Position numbers and translations under genes: made by a program. The notes beneath the pieces are model-generated. The model was not told where the DNA came from, searched no databases, and saw only the letters and a list, made by a program, of their open reading frames with translations. This document shows, piece by piece, positions 40,237 to 49,816 of a DNA stretch of 64,000 nt; positions within the stretch are counted from its first letter, which is position 1; each line of letters starts with the position of its first letter. The DNA comes from Propionivibrio sp. (lineage in GTDB: Bacteria > Pseudomonadota > Gammaproteobacteria > Burkholderiales > Rhodocyclaceae). The DNA lies in the NCBI RefSeq assembly GCF_016790145.1, contig NZ_JAEUOI010000026.1, positions 19,680 through 83,679 on the forward strand, in the 5' to 3' direction.

Positions 40237-41655
40237 ATGAACGACATTCCAGGTAACGAGCGTATTGCAGGCTGGTGCGGCTTTCTCGACAACTGCCGCG
40301 AAGCCGCCAGCCAGGCCGTACCACTGCTGCCCAGCGGCCACCTGACACGAATCAACGGCTTGGTCATGGAAGCTTCAGGCCTCAAACTGCCGCTGGGCAG
40401 TTCGTGCCGGATTCTTCCGGCTGGCGGTTCCCCGATCGAAGCCGAGGTGGTCGGCTTCAACGGCGAACGGCTTTTCCTCATGCCCTCGGAGGATGTCTAC
40501 GGCCTCTCGCCCGGCGCCCGGGTTGTTGCTCTTGAAACACCCACCCCACCGCCAAAAATGGGGCAATCCCCGCCGGCCAGACGACGCGCTATTGATCGTG
40601 CCAAGCTGGTTCCCGTCGGTGACGCGCTGCTCGGCCGCATCCTTGATGGCGCCGGCCGCCCCCTCGACAGAAACGGGCCACTCGTTGTGGATACTCTGCG
40701 CCCACTGCATAGCCGCCCAATCAACCCGATGTCACGCGCGGCAATTGAACAGTCATTGGACGTTGGCGTTCGCGCCATCAATGCACTGTTGACGGTTGGT
40801 CGCGGGCAGCGCATGGGGCTTTTTGCCGGTTCCGGAGTCGGCAAAAGCATCCTGCTCGGCATGATGGCACGCTACACCTCGGCCGAGGTCATCGTCGTCG
40901 GTCTGATCGGCGAACGTGGGCGCGAAGTCAAGGAATTTATCGAGCAGATTCTCGGCGAGGAAGGACTGCGCCGATCCGTCGTCGTTGCCGCCCCCGCCGA
41001 TGTCAGCCCACTGATGCGTCTGCAAGGGGCGGCCTATGCCACAGCAATTGCCGAACACTTTCGTGATCAGGGTCGGCATGTCCTGCTGATCATGGATTCG
41101 CTTACCCGTTACGCCATGGCGCAACGCGAGATTGCACTGGCCATCGGCGAGCCGCCGGTCACCCGAGGCTACCCGCCCTCGGTTTTTGCGAGGCTTCCGC
41201 AACTGGTCGAACGTGCCGGCAACGGCGCCGATGGCGGGGGTTCGATCACCGCTTTTTATACGGTGCTGGCCGAAGGCGATGACCAGCAGGATCCGATTGC
41301 CGATGCGGCACGCGCCATCCTCGATGGTCACGTAGTTCTATCACGCACGCTTGCCGATGCCGGCCATTACCCGGCAATCGATATTGAGCAGTCGATCTCG
41401 CGTGCCATGGTCAATCTGATCGAGCCTGAGCACTTTGAGCAGATCCGTCATTTCAAGCAACTTTACTCGCGCTATCAGCGCTCTCGCGATCTGATCAGCG
41501 TCGGCGCCTACGCTGCCGGCTCCGACCCGCTACTCGATCAGGCGATCAAGTTCTACCCCGCTTTTGAAGGCTTTCTGCAGCAAGCCTCGAGCCAACGAGC
41601 CGATTATGTGGGCAGCGTCGATCAGCTTTACTCCCTGTTCAGTACTCAGCACTGA
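40237..41655 (+). CDS. fliI: Export ATPase FliI
   Basis: [33 protein letters not shown]. Confidence 0.97.
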   Translation: MNDIPGNERIAGWCGFLDNCREAASQAVPLLPSGHLTRINGLVMEASGLKLPLGSSCRILPAGGSPIEAEVVGFNGERLFLMPSEDVYGLSPGARVVALETPTPPPKMGQSPPARRRAIDRAKLVPVGDALLGRILDGAGRPLDRNGPLVVDTLRPLHSRPINPMSRAAIEQSLDVGVRAINALLTVGRGQRMGLFAGSGVGKSILLGMMARYTSAEVIVVGLIGERGREVKEFIEQILGEEGLRRSVVVAAPADVSPLMRLQGAAYATAIAEHFRDQGRHVLLIMDSLTRYAMAQREIALAIGEPPVTRGYPPSVFARLPQLVERAGNGADGGGSITAFYTVLAEGDDQQDPIADAARAILDGHVVLSRTLADAGHYPAIDIEQSISRAMVNLIEPEHFEQIRHFKQLYSRYQRSRDLISVGAYAAGSDPLLDQAIKFYPAFEGFLQQASSQRADYVGSVDQLYSLFSTQH

Positions 41656-41663
41656 TTGCGCAT

Positions 41664-42110
41664 ATGACGAAACAATTCTCGCTGCAGACCGTCCTCGAAT
41701 TGATGCAAGTGCGCGCCGATGAAGCAACACATCGCCTCGCGCGTCTGATTGCCAGCGAGCGCGATGCGAAAAGCAAACTCGAAATGTTGCAACAGTATCG
41801 CGACGAATACGCTACACGCTTTCGTCTGGCAGCGCAGAACGGACTGGTGCAGCGCGAATGGCACAACTATCAGGAGTTTCTCAACCGTCTTGACGAAGCC
41901 ATCGAAACTCAGATCAAGACTGTCGAGCTACAGGTGGAGCACACAGCCGTCGGCCAGACCCACTGGCAGCAGCATCGGAAGAAGCTGAAAGCCTTTGATA
42001 CACTTTCAGAACGTCACTACGCCAGCGAAAACGCACTGGAACTGAAACGCGAACAAAAAACCCAGGACGAGTTTGCTGCACGCGGCAAGAACAACAAGGA
42101 GCCCGAGTAA
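41664..42110 (+). CDS. fliJ: Export chaperone FliJ
   Basis: LQQYRDEY, EQKTQDEFA; position after fliI. Confidence 0.9.
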   Translation: MTKQFSLQTVLELMQVRADEATHRLARLIASERDAKSKLEMLQQYRDEYATRFRLAAQNGLVQREWHNYQEFLNRLDEAIETQIKTVELQVEHTAVGQTHWQQHRKKLKAFDTLSERHYASENALELKREQKTQDEFAARGKNNKEPE

Positions 42111-42236
42111 TCTCGCTATCGAGACTCTGAGCATCCTCATTCCCCTTGTCTTTTCAGGATTTGATCCCGGGAAATCGGCTTCTCTAGACCGGAGCCACTG
42201 AGTGTTTCTGGCTTGAAAAGGTTTCGGATTTCTGGA

Positions 42237-42252
42237 TGGCACAAAGATTGCT
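42237..42252 (+). promoter_or_regulatory. sigma54 promoter of fliK
   Basis: TGGCACAAAGATTGCT, near-perfect -24/-12. Confidence 0.85.
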
Positions 42253-42287
42253 CTAAAAAGAGCAACACTTGCCCGCAAGGAAAGACC

Positions 42288-43304
42288 ATGTCCGTGACCA
42301 TAGTTTCAACGGTACCCGCACCAACGCAGCCCACAGTAGCAGAAAACGATCCGGTCAGCGATAGCACAGCAAGCGGTCTGGACTTTGCCAGCCTGCTGCT
42401 GGGCCAGATCGCTCCCATCGTGCCGGAAAGCCTCCCCGAGACCACCGTGGAAAAGGATTTACCTGCTGACTCAGCGCCAGGCGATACCGCTTCAATCCTG
42501 GCCGTACTGGGGCTTGTTACGCAGAATCCAGGGGCTAACACAGACACCTCGCTGTCCGATATCGGCAAGATCAACAAGACTGCTCAGGACGTATTGACCG
42601 AACTACACATATCAACAAGCGCTGGGCCAAGCCTCAAAGCTGAAGGCAAGGCCGAGCCCCCGGGGACTGGACCCGCACTGACCGCGGCACCTTCTGCTGA
42701 TGACAAACCGGCAAGATTTGCCGTTCCCGCCTCTGTTTTGCCAAGTGCCGCGCCGATAACAGCAAAAACCATTTTAGCCGACAGTCTGCCGAATGCCCTT
42801 TCGGAACCCGCAGGAATTCCGCCAGTAAATGCGCAAACCCTCCTGACAAACCACGATGTCTCGCTACCCCTTTCAACACCAATCCGCGATCAAAGCTGGC
42901 CTGTAGATTTTGCTCAGAAAATCGTGTGGCTCGCAACCAGCGACAAGCAGGCGGCTCAAATCACCCTAAACCCTCCGCATATGGGGCCGATAGAGATATC
43001 GTTGAACCTTGATAAGGGTAACGCCAGCGCATCATTCGTTTCAGCAAACGCGGAAGTTCGGGATGCCATAGAAACGGCGTTGCCCAGATTGCGCGAAATG
43101 TTTGCCAGTGCCGGAATCGAGTTGGGGCAGACCAATGTCAGTGCAGAGTCGTTCAGGCAGCAACACGGAAACGGGGATGGACAGCGAAGTTCATCCCGAT
43201 GGGTTGCCGATAACGCTATACTTGGCGCAGATTCGGCTGGTTTACTGTCAGCCCGTGCGTTTTCTGCGCAGCATGGCAATGGGCTGGTTGATATTTTTGC
43301 CTGA
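42288..43304 (+). CDS. fliK: Hook-length control protein FliK
   Basis: AQITLNPPHMGPIEI, ALPRLREMF; low-complexity N-terminus. Confidence 0.92.
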   Translation: MSVTIVSTVPAPTQPTVAENDPVSDSTASGLDFASLLLGQIAPIVPESLPETTVEKDLPADSAPGDTASILAVLGLVTQNPGANTDTSLSDIGKINKTAQDVLTELHISTSAGPSLKAEGKAEPPGTGPALTAAPSADDKPARFAVPASVLPSAAPITAKTILADSLPNALSEPAGIPPVNAQTLLTNHDVSLPLSTPIRDQSWPVDFAQKIVWLATSDKQAAQITLNPPHMGPIEISLNLDKGNASASFVSANAEVRDAIETALPRLREMFASAGIELGQTNVSAESFRQQHGNGDGQRSSSRWVADNAILGADSAGLLSARAFSAQHGNGLVDIFA

Positions 43305-43399
43305 TCGTCTTGCACGGAGTCCTGGCGATTTCATGCATGAGCAATAGCCTGAATCCGGCTCGGCGTTATTGAATTACAAAGTAAGAGGGGATTTCGCAC

Positions 43400-43945
43400 A
43401 TGGCCAGGGACGCCAAACCTGAAGCAGAGGTCGCTGAAGTTGCACCACCCAAAAAGAGCAAGAAACTGCTGATTATCATCGTTGCCGCCTTGGTGCTGGT
43501 TCTCGCACTAGGCATCGGCGGTATCATCATCTGGAAGAAGATGCATAGCTCTCAGGAAACCGATGACAGCGAAGTGGCTACCGAAAAAGTCAAATCCGAC
43601 AGGAAGAAAGGCGCCAAGGAAGTAGCGCCGGTTTATGTTGCGCTTGACGCGTTTACCGTCAATCTTGTTCCAGAGAATGGAGATCAGTTTCTGCAACTGA
43701 TGATTACGGCTGAAGTCGAGGATTCGCATGTGGGTGACAGACTCAAGATGTACACTCCAAAATTGCGCAATGATGTGATGATGCTTCTGTCCGGGAAAAA
43801 GGCCTCTGAACTGATTACCAAGGAGGGCAAGGAAACCCTGGCCAACGAAGTTCGCAGCCTGATGAATGGAATTCTTGATCCAGGCGTCAAGGGAAGCGAT
43901 GGCCCGGTCAGGGAAGTGTTGTTTACCTCGTTCATCATTCAATAA
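43400..43945 (+). CDS. fliL: Basal body-associated FliL
   Basis: TM helix, FTVNL, VLFTSFIIQ. Confidence 0.93.
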   Translation: MARDAKPEAEVAEVAPPKKSKKLLIIIVAALVLVLALGIGGIIIWKKMHSSQETDDSEVATEKVKSDRKKGAKEVAPVYVALDAFTVNLVPENGDQFLQLMITAEVEDSHVGDRLKMYTPKLRNDVMMLLSGKKASELITKEGKETLANEVRSLMNGILDPGVKGSDGPVREVLFTSFIIQ

Positions 43946-43951
43946 CCAGCC

Positions 43952-44956
43952 ATGGCAACCGACTTTCTTTCCCAGGACGAAGTTGACGCACTTCTCAAGG
44001 GTGTCACCGGCGAGTCCGACGAGCCTGAAATCACTGATGACGGCGAGGGTGATGTTCGTGCCTACAACCTGGGAACGCAGGAGCGCATCGTCCGCGGGCG
44101 CATGCCGACGCTCGAACTCATCAACGAACGATTCTCCCGTTACCTGCGCATCGGTCTGTTCAATTACATGCATCGCGCAACCGAGATTTCGGTCGGTCCG
44201 ATCCGTGTGCAGAAATACAGCGAATTCATCCGCAATCTGGTTGTCCCGACCAACCTGAATCTGGTCGCCGCCAAGCCGCTTCGTGGCACCTCGCTGTTCG
44301 TTCTCGATCCCAATCTGGTTTTTCTCGTAGTTGACAACATGTTCGGCGGCGACGGTCGCTTCCATACACGAGTAGAAGGTCGCGATTTCACGCCGACTGA
44401 ACAGCGCATCATTCAGGGGCTACTGAATGTCGTGTTCAAGGAGTACTCACGTGCATGGAAACCGGTATTCGACATTTCCTTTGAATACATCCGCTCAGAG
44501 ATGAACTCGCAGTTTGCCAATATTGCGACCCCATCCGAAATCATTATTTCGACGACATTCTCGCTGGAGTTTGGCGGAACTGTAGCCGACATGCATATCT
44601 GCTTTCCTTACTCGATGGTCGAACCGATCCGAGACCTGTTGTACAGCTCGATGCAAAGCGATCAGTTGTCAACCGATCAACGCTGGATCATCATGTTGCG
44701 CAAACAACTGAAAGATGCTGAAGTCGAAATCGCTGCGCAAATCGCCACAACAACAGTCACGCTGGGCCAGATCCTCAAAATGAAGACCGGTGACATCATT
44801 CCGATCAGCATTCCGGAAAAAATCATCGCAAGTGTCGACGATGTTCCGCTGATGGAATGCCGCTATGGTCAGCAGGGCGGTCAGTACGCGCTCAAGATCG
44901 AACGATTCATAACGCCGGACAGCGAAGAAATCGCTCAGGGAGGACAAAATGGCTGA
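43952..44956 (+). CDS. fliM: Motor switch protein FliM
   Basis: FLSQDEVDALL, RGRMPTLELINERF, GRDFTPTE. Confidence 0.97.
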   Translation: MATDFLSQDEVDALLKGVTGESDEPEITDDGEGDVRAYNLGTQERIVRGRMPTLELINERFSRYLRIGLFNYMHRATEISVGPIRVQKYSEFIRNLVVPTNLNLVAAKPLRGTSLFVLDPNLVFLVVDNMFGGDGRFHTRVEGRDFTPTEQRIIQGLLNVVFKEYSRAWKPVFDISFEYIRSEMNSQFANIATPSEIIISTTFSLEFGGTVADMHICFPYSMVEPIRDLLYSSMQSDQLSTDQRWIIMLRKQLKDAEVEIAAQIATTTVTLGQILKMKTGDIIPISIPEKIIASVDDVPLMECRYGQQGGQYALKIERFITPDSEEIAQGGQNG

Positions 44957-45386
44957 ACAGGTCGGAAATGGCGAGAGCCCGAACGTAGCAGAACCAAGTG
45001 CTGATGATGATTGGGCTGCAGCGATGGCCGAGCAAGCCATTGCCGACACGGCGCCAGCAGCCAATGCGCAACCCGCACAAATATTTCCCGCCTTTGGCGA
45101 GACTGACGGCAAAGCGTCCATGATGAACGAACTCGACATGATCCTGGATATTCCGGTTCAGATCGCCGTCGAACTGGGCCGCACCAAGATCACCATCAAG
45201 AATCTTCTTCAGCTTGCCCACGGCTCGGTCGTTGAACTTGATGCGATGGCCGGCGAACCGATGAGCGTTTTTGTCAACGGAACACTGATCGCACAAGGCG
45301 AAGTGGTGGTGGTCAACGACAAATTCGGTATCCGCCTCACCGACATCATCACCCCGTCAGAACGAATGAGAAAAGTCGGGCGTTAG
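44949..45386 (+). CDS. fliN: Motor switch protein FliN
   Basis: ILDIPVQIAVELGR, AQGEVVVVNDKFGIR. Confidence 0.97.
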   Translation: MAEQVGNGESPNVAEPSADDDWAAAMAEQAIADTAPAANAQPAQIFPAFGETDGKASMMNELDMILDIPVQIAVELGRTKITIKNLLQLAHGSVVELDAMAGEPMSVFVNGTLIAQGEVVVVNDKFGIRLTDIITPSERMRKVGR

Positions 45387-45639
45387 ACATAGAGGCCGAT
45401 AAGTAATTGCTTTGACCTCCATCTTCGTCGAGGCGACCGAAGCAAGTATTCAGTCGCGAAGGGACAAAGTTTCCGCAGAGAATGCCATTGCGAACAAGGG
45501 GTTAATCAGGCATTTCTCTGAACTTCCTTTGTTCGCCTTTGCTTCTTTGCGGCTTTGCAGTTTGAGTGGCGTTTTCAGAGGTTTCACCTTACGCTCGCAT
45601 GCTTTAAGATAGTGACCAGAATGCAACTGGCCGACTGAA

Positions 45640-46089
45640 TTGATTCGACATTCCAGATTTTCACAACGATGCACCTGCGGCGCCAGCGCTCTGGTGCTCA
45701 CCCTGCTGTCAACGTACTCGTTTGCACAAGCTTCGGCTGTTGAGGCGCCTGGAGTGCCCGCTGCAGCAATACTGGAAATGCTGCTCGGCCTGACGCTGAT
45801 CATCGGCATCCTGTTCTTTGGTGCTTACTTGTTACGCAAGCTGAATGGCGGAAGAAGTTTTGGCAACAGCGGCCCCTTGCGCGTCGTCGGTGGTTTGATG
45901 ATCAGCACCCGGGAGCGAATCGTCCTGATCGAAGTCGGCGACACATGGATTATTGTCGGCATTGCCCCAGGGCAGATCAAAACCCTGCACACCCTTCCCA
46001 AGGGTGAACTTGCCGCCAGCAACAGCGGCGAAAAGCCTTTTGGCCAGTGGTTGAAGCAGATAAGCGAGCGCAAAAATGAAAACAATTAG
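45640..46089 (+). CDS. fliO: Export protein FliO (start uncertain)
   Basis: TM helix, [21 protein letters not shown]; precedes fliP. Confidence 0.88.
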   Translation: MIRHSRFSQRCTCGASALVLTLLSTYSFAQASAVEAPGVPAAAILEMLLGLTLIIGILFFGAYLLRKLNGGRSFGNSGPLRVVGGLMISTRERIVLIEVGDTWIIVGIAPGQIKTLHTLPKGELAASNSGEKPFGQWLKQISERKNENN

Positions 46090-46837
46090 GCGCACCCGCT
46101 GCAACACACTACTCACCCTGCTCATCTTGCTCACCCCGCTGGCGGCGTGGGCACAAGCCGGCGGGCTGCCGGCACTGACCAGCACACCCGGTGCCGGTGG
46201 CAGCCAGACCTATACGCTCTCAATCCAGACGCTGCTCACGCTAACGGCCCTGACCTTCATTCCAGCCGCGCTGCTGATGATGACCAGTTTTACCCGCATC
46301 ATCATCGTGCTTTCCTTGTTGCGACACGCACTGGGTACGCAAACCTCGCCGCCCAATCAGGTACTGGTCGGTCTCGCGCTGTTCCTGACATTTTTCATCA
46401 TGTCACCGGTACTCGACAGGATTTATGTCGATGCCTACCAGCCGCTTTCAGAAAACCGCATCTCTTTTGTTCAGGCGGTCGAACGCGGTGCAGTGCCGCT
46501 GCGCAGCTTCATGCTGAAACAAACGCGCGAAGCCGACATTGGCCTTTTTGCGCGGCTGGCCAAGCTGCCCGCACTTGAGTCGGCGAACGATATCCCGATG
46601 CGCGTCCTGATTCCGTCCTTCGTCACCAGCGAGCTGAAAACCGCCTTCCAGATCGGGTTCATCATCTTCATTCCCTTCCTGATCATCGACATGGTGGTGG
46701 CCAGTGTGCTGCTCTCGATGGGCATGGTAATGATGTCGCCGGTGATCGTATCGATGCCCTTCAAGCTGATGCTATTTGTCCTGGTCGATGGCTGGCATCT
46801 GCTGTTGGGTTCGCTGGTCATGAGTTTTGCGACATGA
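46076..46837 (+). CDS. fliP: Export apparatus FliP
   Basis: [36 protein letters not shown]. Confidence 0.97.
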   Translation: MKTIRRTRCNTLLTLLILLTPLAAWAQAGGLPALTSTPGAGGSQTYTLSIQTLLTLTALTFIPAALLMMTSFTRIIIVLSLLRHALGTQTSPPNQVLVGLALFLTFFIMSPVLDRIYVDAYQPLSENRISFVQAVERGAVPLRSFMLKQTREADIGLFARLAKLPALESANDIPMRVLIPSFVTSELKTAFQIGFIIFIPFLIIDMVVASVLLSMGMVMMSPVIVSMPFKLMLFVLVDGWHLLLGSLVMSFAT

Positions 46838-47103
46838 CGCCTGAACTGGTCATGAATATTGGCCGGCAGGCCATCGAGATGACACTGGTGCTCTCCGGAC
46901 CCTTGCTGTTGTCCGCCCTTGTCATTGGCCTGATTGTCAGCATCTTTCAGGCCGCGACACAGATCAATGAGCAAACGCTCTCGTTTGTCCCGAAGCTGGT
47001 GGGGATATTCATAGTGCTTATCCTGGCCGGCCCCTGGATGCTGCAAATGATGGTTGACTACATTCGGCGGCTGTTCGAGAGCATTCCACAACTCATCGGC
47101 TAG
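46834..47103 (+). CDS. fliQ: Export apparatus FliQ
   Basis: [17 protein letters not shown]. Confidence 0.97.
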   Translation: MTPELVMNIGRQAIEMTLVLSGPLLLSALVIGLIVSIFQAATQINEQTLSFVPKLVGIFIVLILAGPWMLQMMVDYIRRLFESIPQLIG

Positions 47104-47109
47104 CCGGAG

Positions 47110-47889
47110 ATGATCAGCTTCACTTCGGCCGAGATCAACGCCTGGGTCGCCGCCTTTTTCTTCCCTCTGGCGCGCATCCTGGCAGTCCTTGCTTCCGCAC
47201 CCCCATTTAACAATATAGGACTGCCACCGCGAGTCCGTCTTGTGCTCGGCCTTGCCATCGCTATCGCCATCACACCGGTGCTTCCAGCAATCCCCGCCGT
47301 CGATCCAGCCTCCGCACCGGGGCTGCTGATCCTCGCACAACAAATTGTCATTGGTTTCGCTTTGGGGTTTGCCTTGCGCCTTGTGTTTAGCGCCGTTGAT
47401 CTGGCTGGAAATGCGATCAGCAACCTGATGGGGATAGGCTTCGCAACGTCATTTGACCCGCAGAGCGCTGCCCAGACCCCCGTAATTTCAGAGTTTCTTG
47501 GCATGCTCGCCTTGCTGACTTTCCTGGCTATCAATGGCCATCTCATGGTTATCGCCACACTGGCGCAGAGCTTTAGTGTCCTGCCCATCGGAACGGCTTC
47601 ACTCGCAAACGCAAGCTGGTTGAACATCGCCAATGCAGGTGGAATTATATTTTCTTCCGCTGTTTTATTGTCTCTACCCATTCTAGTAGCGCTGTTGATC
47701 ACCAACATTGCCCTCGGCGTGCTCGTACGTGTCGCACCTCAGCTCAATCTCTTTGCGATCGGCTTTCCGGTCACCATTATGCTGGGCTTTGCCGCACTGC
47801 TGGTCAGCATGTCGCACCTGAGTACGCCGCTTCAACAAATGTTCGAGTTCGGACTGCAGTCGATGCTGGGCTATTTTGTAATCAAATAA
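47110..47889 (+). CDS. fliR: Export apparatus FliR
   Basis: PLARIL, APQLNLFAIGFP. Confidence 0.96.
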   Translation: MISFTSAEINAWVAAFFFPLARILAVLASAPPFNNIGLPPRVRLVLGLAIAIAITPVLPAIPAVDPASAPGLLILAQQIVIGFALGFALRLVFSAVDLAGNAISNLMGIGFATSFDPQSAAQTPVISEFLGMLALLTFLAINGHLMVIATLAQSFSVLPIGTASLANASWLNIANAGGIIFSSAVLLSLPILVALLITNIALGVLVRVAPQLNLFAIGFPVTIMLGFAALLVSMSHLSTPLQQMFEFGLQSMLGYFVIK

Positions 47890-47908
47890 CGCCCCGACTT
47901 GAACTACC

Positions 47909-48463
47909 CTAGCGCCGCGGTGGGATCTGCGTATTTACAAGCTGGATAGTACCCTCGGAGACACGGTGCGTCAGCGGGGTGCTTGACTCGATCCCCTCAG
48001 TGTAATCCAGAATACGATAGCCAGCGTAACCCCTTTCGCGCTGAAGCTGTAAAGCACGGCGCTTGATAATCTGGATCGACTCACCGTCGCCACCGGTTCT
48101 GAAGCTCTTGGCGGTTAGCGCGAAGTAGTAAGTATCCTGGTTAAGCGGCCTTTCCTTGATAGTCCAATTGGGCGCCAGGGGATCATAAATTATGTAAAGC
48201 AATGCGGCATTACCTGCTGGGATTGTTGGCACAGTCATACCCAAGGCAGTTGATGGAAGTCCAAATACGCCTATAGCAGTTGCTCCGATAGCGGTCTCGG
48301 TAGAAATTTCGATACTCGGCGTCACTTCCAGCGCAGGCTGGGTGCGAAGATCACCCGTAAAGGTATTGACCGTACTGACTTTCCCGATCGGTTCATATCC
48401 GGTGCACGCGCTAAGCGATATCAATAATGCTGCAGCCAGCAAGGTTCGCATGTCATTCTTCAC
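47909..48463 (-). CDS. Uncharacterised lipoprotein coupled to flgL
   Basis: LISLSAC lipobox; GTG 48463 overlaps the flgL TGA (alternative ATG 48451). Confidence 0.75.
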   Translation of the reverse strand: MKNDMRTLLAAALLISLSACTGYEPIGKVSTVNTFTGDLRTQPALEVTPSIEISTETAIGATAIGVFGLPSTALGMTVPTIPAGNAALLYIIYDPLAPNWTIKERPLNQDTYYFALTAKSFRTGGDGESIQIIKRRALQLQRERGYAGYRILDYTEGIESSTPLTHRVSEGTIQLVNTQIPPRR

Positions 48464-49806
48464 AGGTAGTTGAAAAGGCTCATACCGCTGATCTTTACAA
48501 AGGACTGCTGCGCGGCCTCCAGATAAGTTTTCTGCAAAGTAAAATCGGAGATCGCTTTAGCATAATCCAGATCCTGAAGCTTGGACAAGGTTGTTTTATA
48601 CTGGATTTCCAGATCACTTGACGTATCACCCAGCGAGTCAAGTTCGCGCATTCTAGTTCCCACCGTTGCCTGTACTCGACTGACATTTTCAAACGCCTGA
48701 TCAAGATTCGACAACTGACCTCCAAGCGCATTGGTATACTCGCTTGTAGTATTGCTTGCTGATCCGACAGGGGAGCGCAGGATTCCGATGAGATTCTGCA
48801 TTGTCTGGAACAAGCTCTGACTACTACTCGGTTTGATTGTAAATGTGTCACCGTCTGCTGCTTGCCCGTGCACGACAACCTGGGAACCAAAATCCGTAAC
48901 TGTGGCTGCCGGCGGGCTTGTCGTAACAAGAGGGACGGCCTGCCCCGGGGTGAACGAAGCCGCAGTGCTGATCGCTACCGGAGTCGCTGGCGTTGAAATG
49001 TCATATAACTGATATGAAGTCACACCGGCTACCACGGAGAATCGGATCTGGATTGCGGGATTAGCCGGAGTCGACCAGCCATAGCCACTCAGGGCAAGCT
49101 GCCACTTCTGCTGATCGAGTACCGAGCCGGCATCGATGGTCGCCGATCCCTTGTTGGCTCCTGCCGGCGCAATAAGGTTCCCGCCAGTCGAGGTCACAAA
49201 GGTGCCGTTCCCCCCCTTTGCGTTCATGAATACATCGCTACCCGACACATTGACGGCGATCTGCCGGGACGATGAGACCTGCAGCAAGCGCTCGCCTGCA
49301 TCGCCGAAATATCCGACGGGTGATGTGTTTGCCGGAGGCACGGCGGGAAGTGCGGCATTGATGGCAAAAGGCAGTGTCGACCCCTGGTAACCGGAAAACA
49401 GGTAATCGCCGGATCCATTCTGACTGTTGGCAATGCCGAGCATTTCGCCGAGACGGGATTCAAGCTCGGTAGCGATCGTCTGTCGATCAGAATTATTGAG
49501 CGTACCGGTATTACCCGCTTGTACAACGCGTTCTCTTACATTCTGCAGCAGATCGGTCAAGGAACTCAGTTGGCTGTCGACCAGCCCCAACTGGCTGCTG
49601 GCGTTGCCCTGATTTTCCAGCTGTTGTGCATTCACCTCCTGTGACTGGGTAACAATCAATGCCTGTGCCGCTGCGACAGGATCATCCTCCGGCGTGAGAA
49701 CACGGCGACCGGTCGACAACTGGTTCTGCAACTTGTATAAAGCGCTCTGATTGCGCTGGATGTTGAGCGCGCCGGCGTCGTAAATTTGACTCGTACTGAT
49801 ACGCAT
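48460..49806 (-). CDS. flgL: Hook-filament junction protein FlgL
   Basis: MRISTSQ, QLSTGRRV..PEDDPVAAAQA, LQDLDYAKAIS, SLFNYL; start reset to ATG 49806. Confidence 0.95.
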   Translation of the reverse strand: MRISTSQIYDAGALNIQRNQSALYKLQNQLSTGRRVLTPEDDPVAAAQALIVTQSQEVNAQQLENQGNASSQLGLVDSQLSSLTDLLQNVRERVVQAGNTGTLNNSDRQTIATELESRLGEMLGIANSQNGSGDYLFSGYQGSTLPFAINAALPAVPPANTSPVGYFGDAGERLLQVSSSRQIAVNVSGSDVFMNAKGGNGTFVTSTGGNLIAPAGANKGSATIDAGSVLDQQKWQLALSGYGWSTPANPAIQIRFSVVAGVTSYQLYDISTPATPVAISTAASFTPGQAVPLVTTSPPAATVTDFGSQVVVHGQAADGDTFTIKPSSSQSLFQTMQNLIGILRSPVGSASNTTSEYTNALGGQLSNLDQAFENVSRVQATVGTRMRELDSLGDTSSDLEIQYKTTLSKLQDLDYAKAISDFTLQKTYLEAAQQSFVKISGMSLFNYL

Positions 49807-49816
49807 GAAAATCTCC

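Noticed and set aside
45395-45402. GCCGATAA after fliN as a sigma28 -10
   Set aside because: No -35 element at the correct spacing
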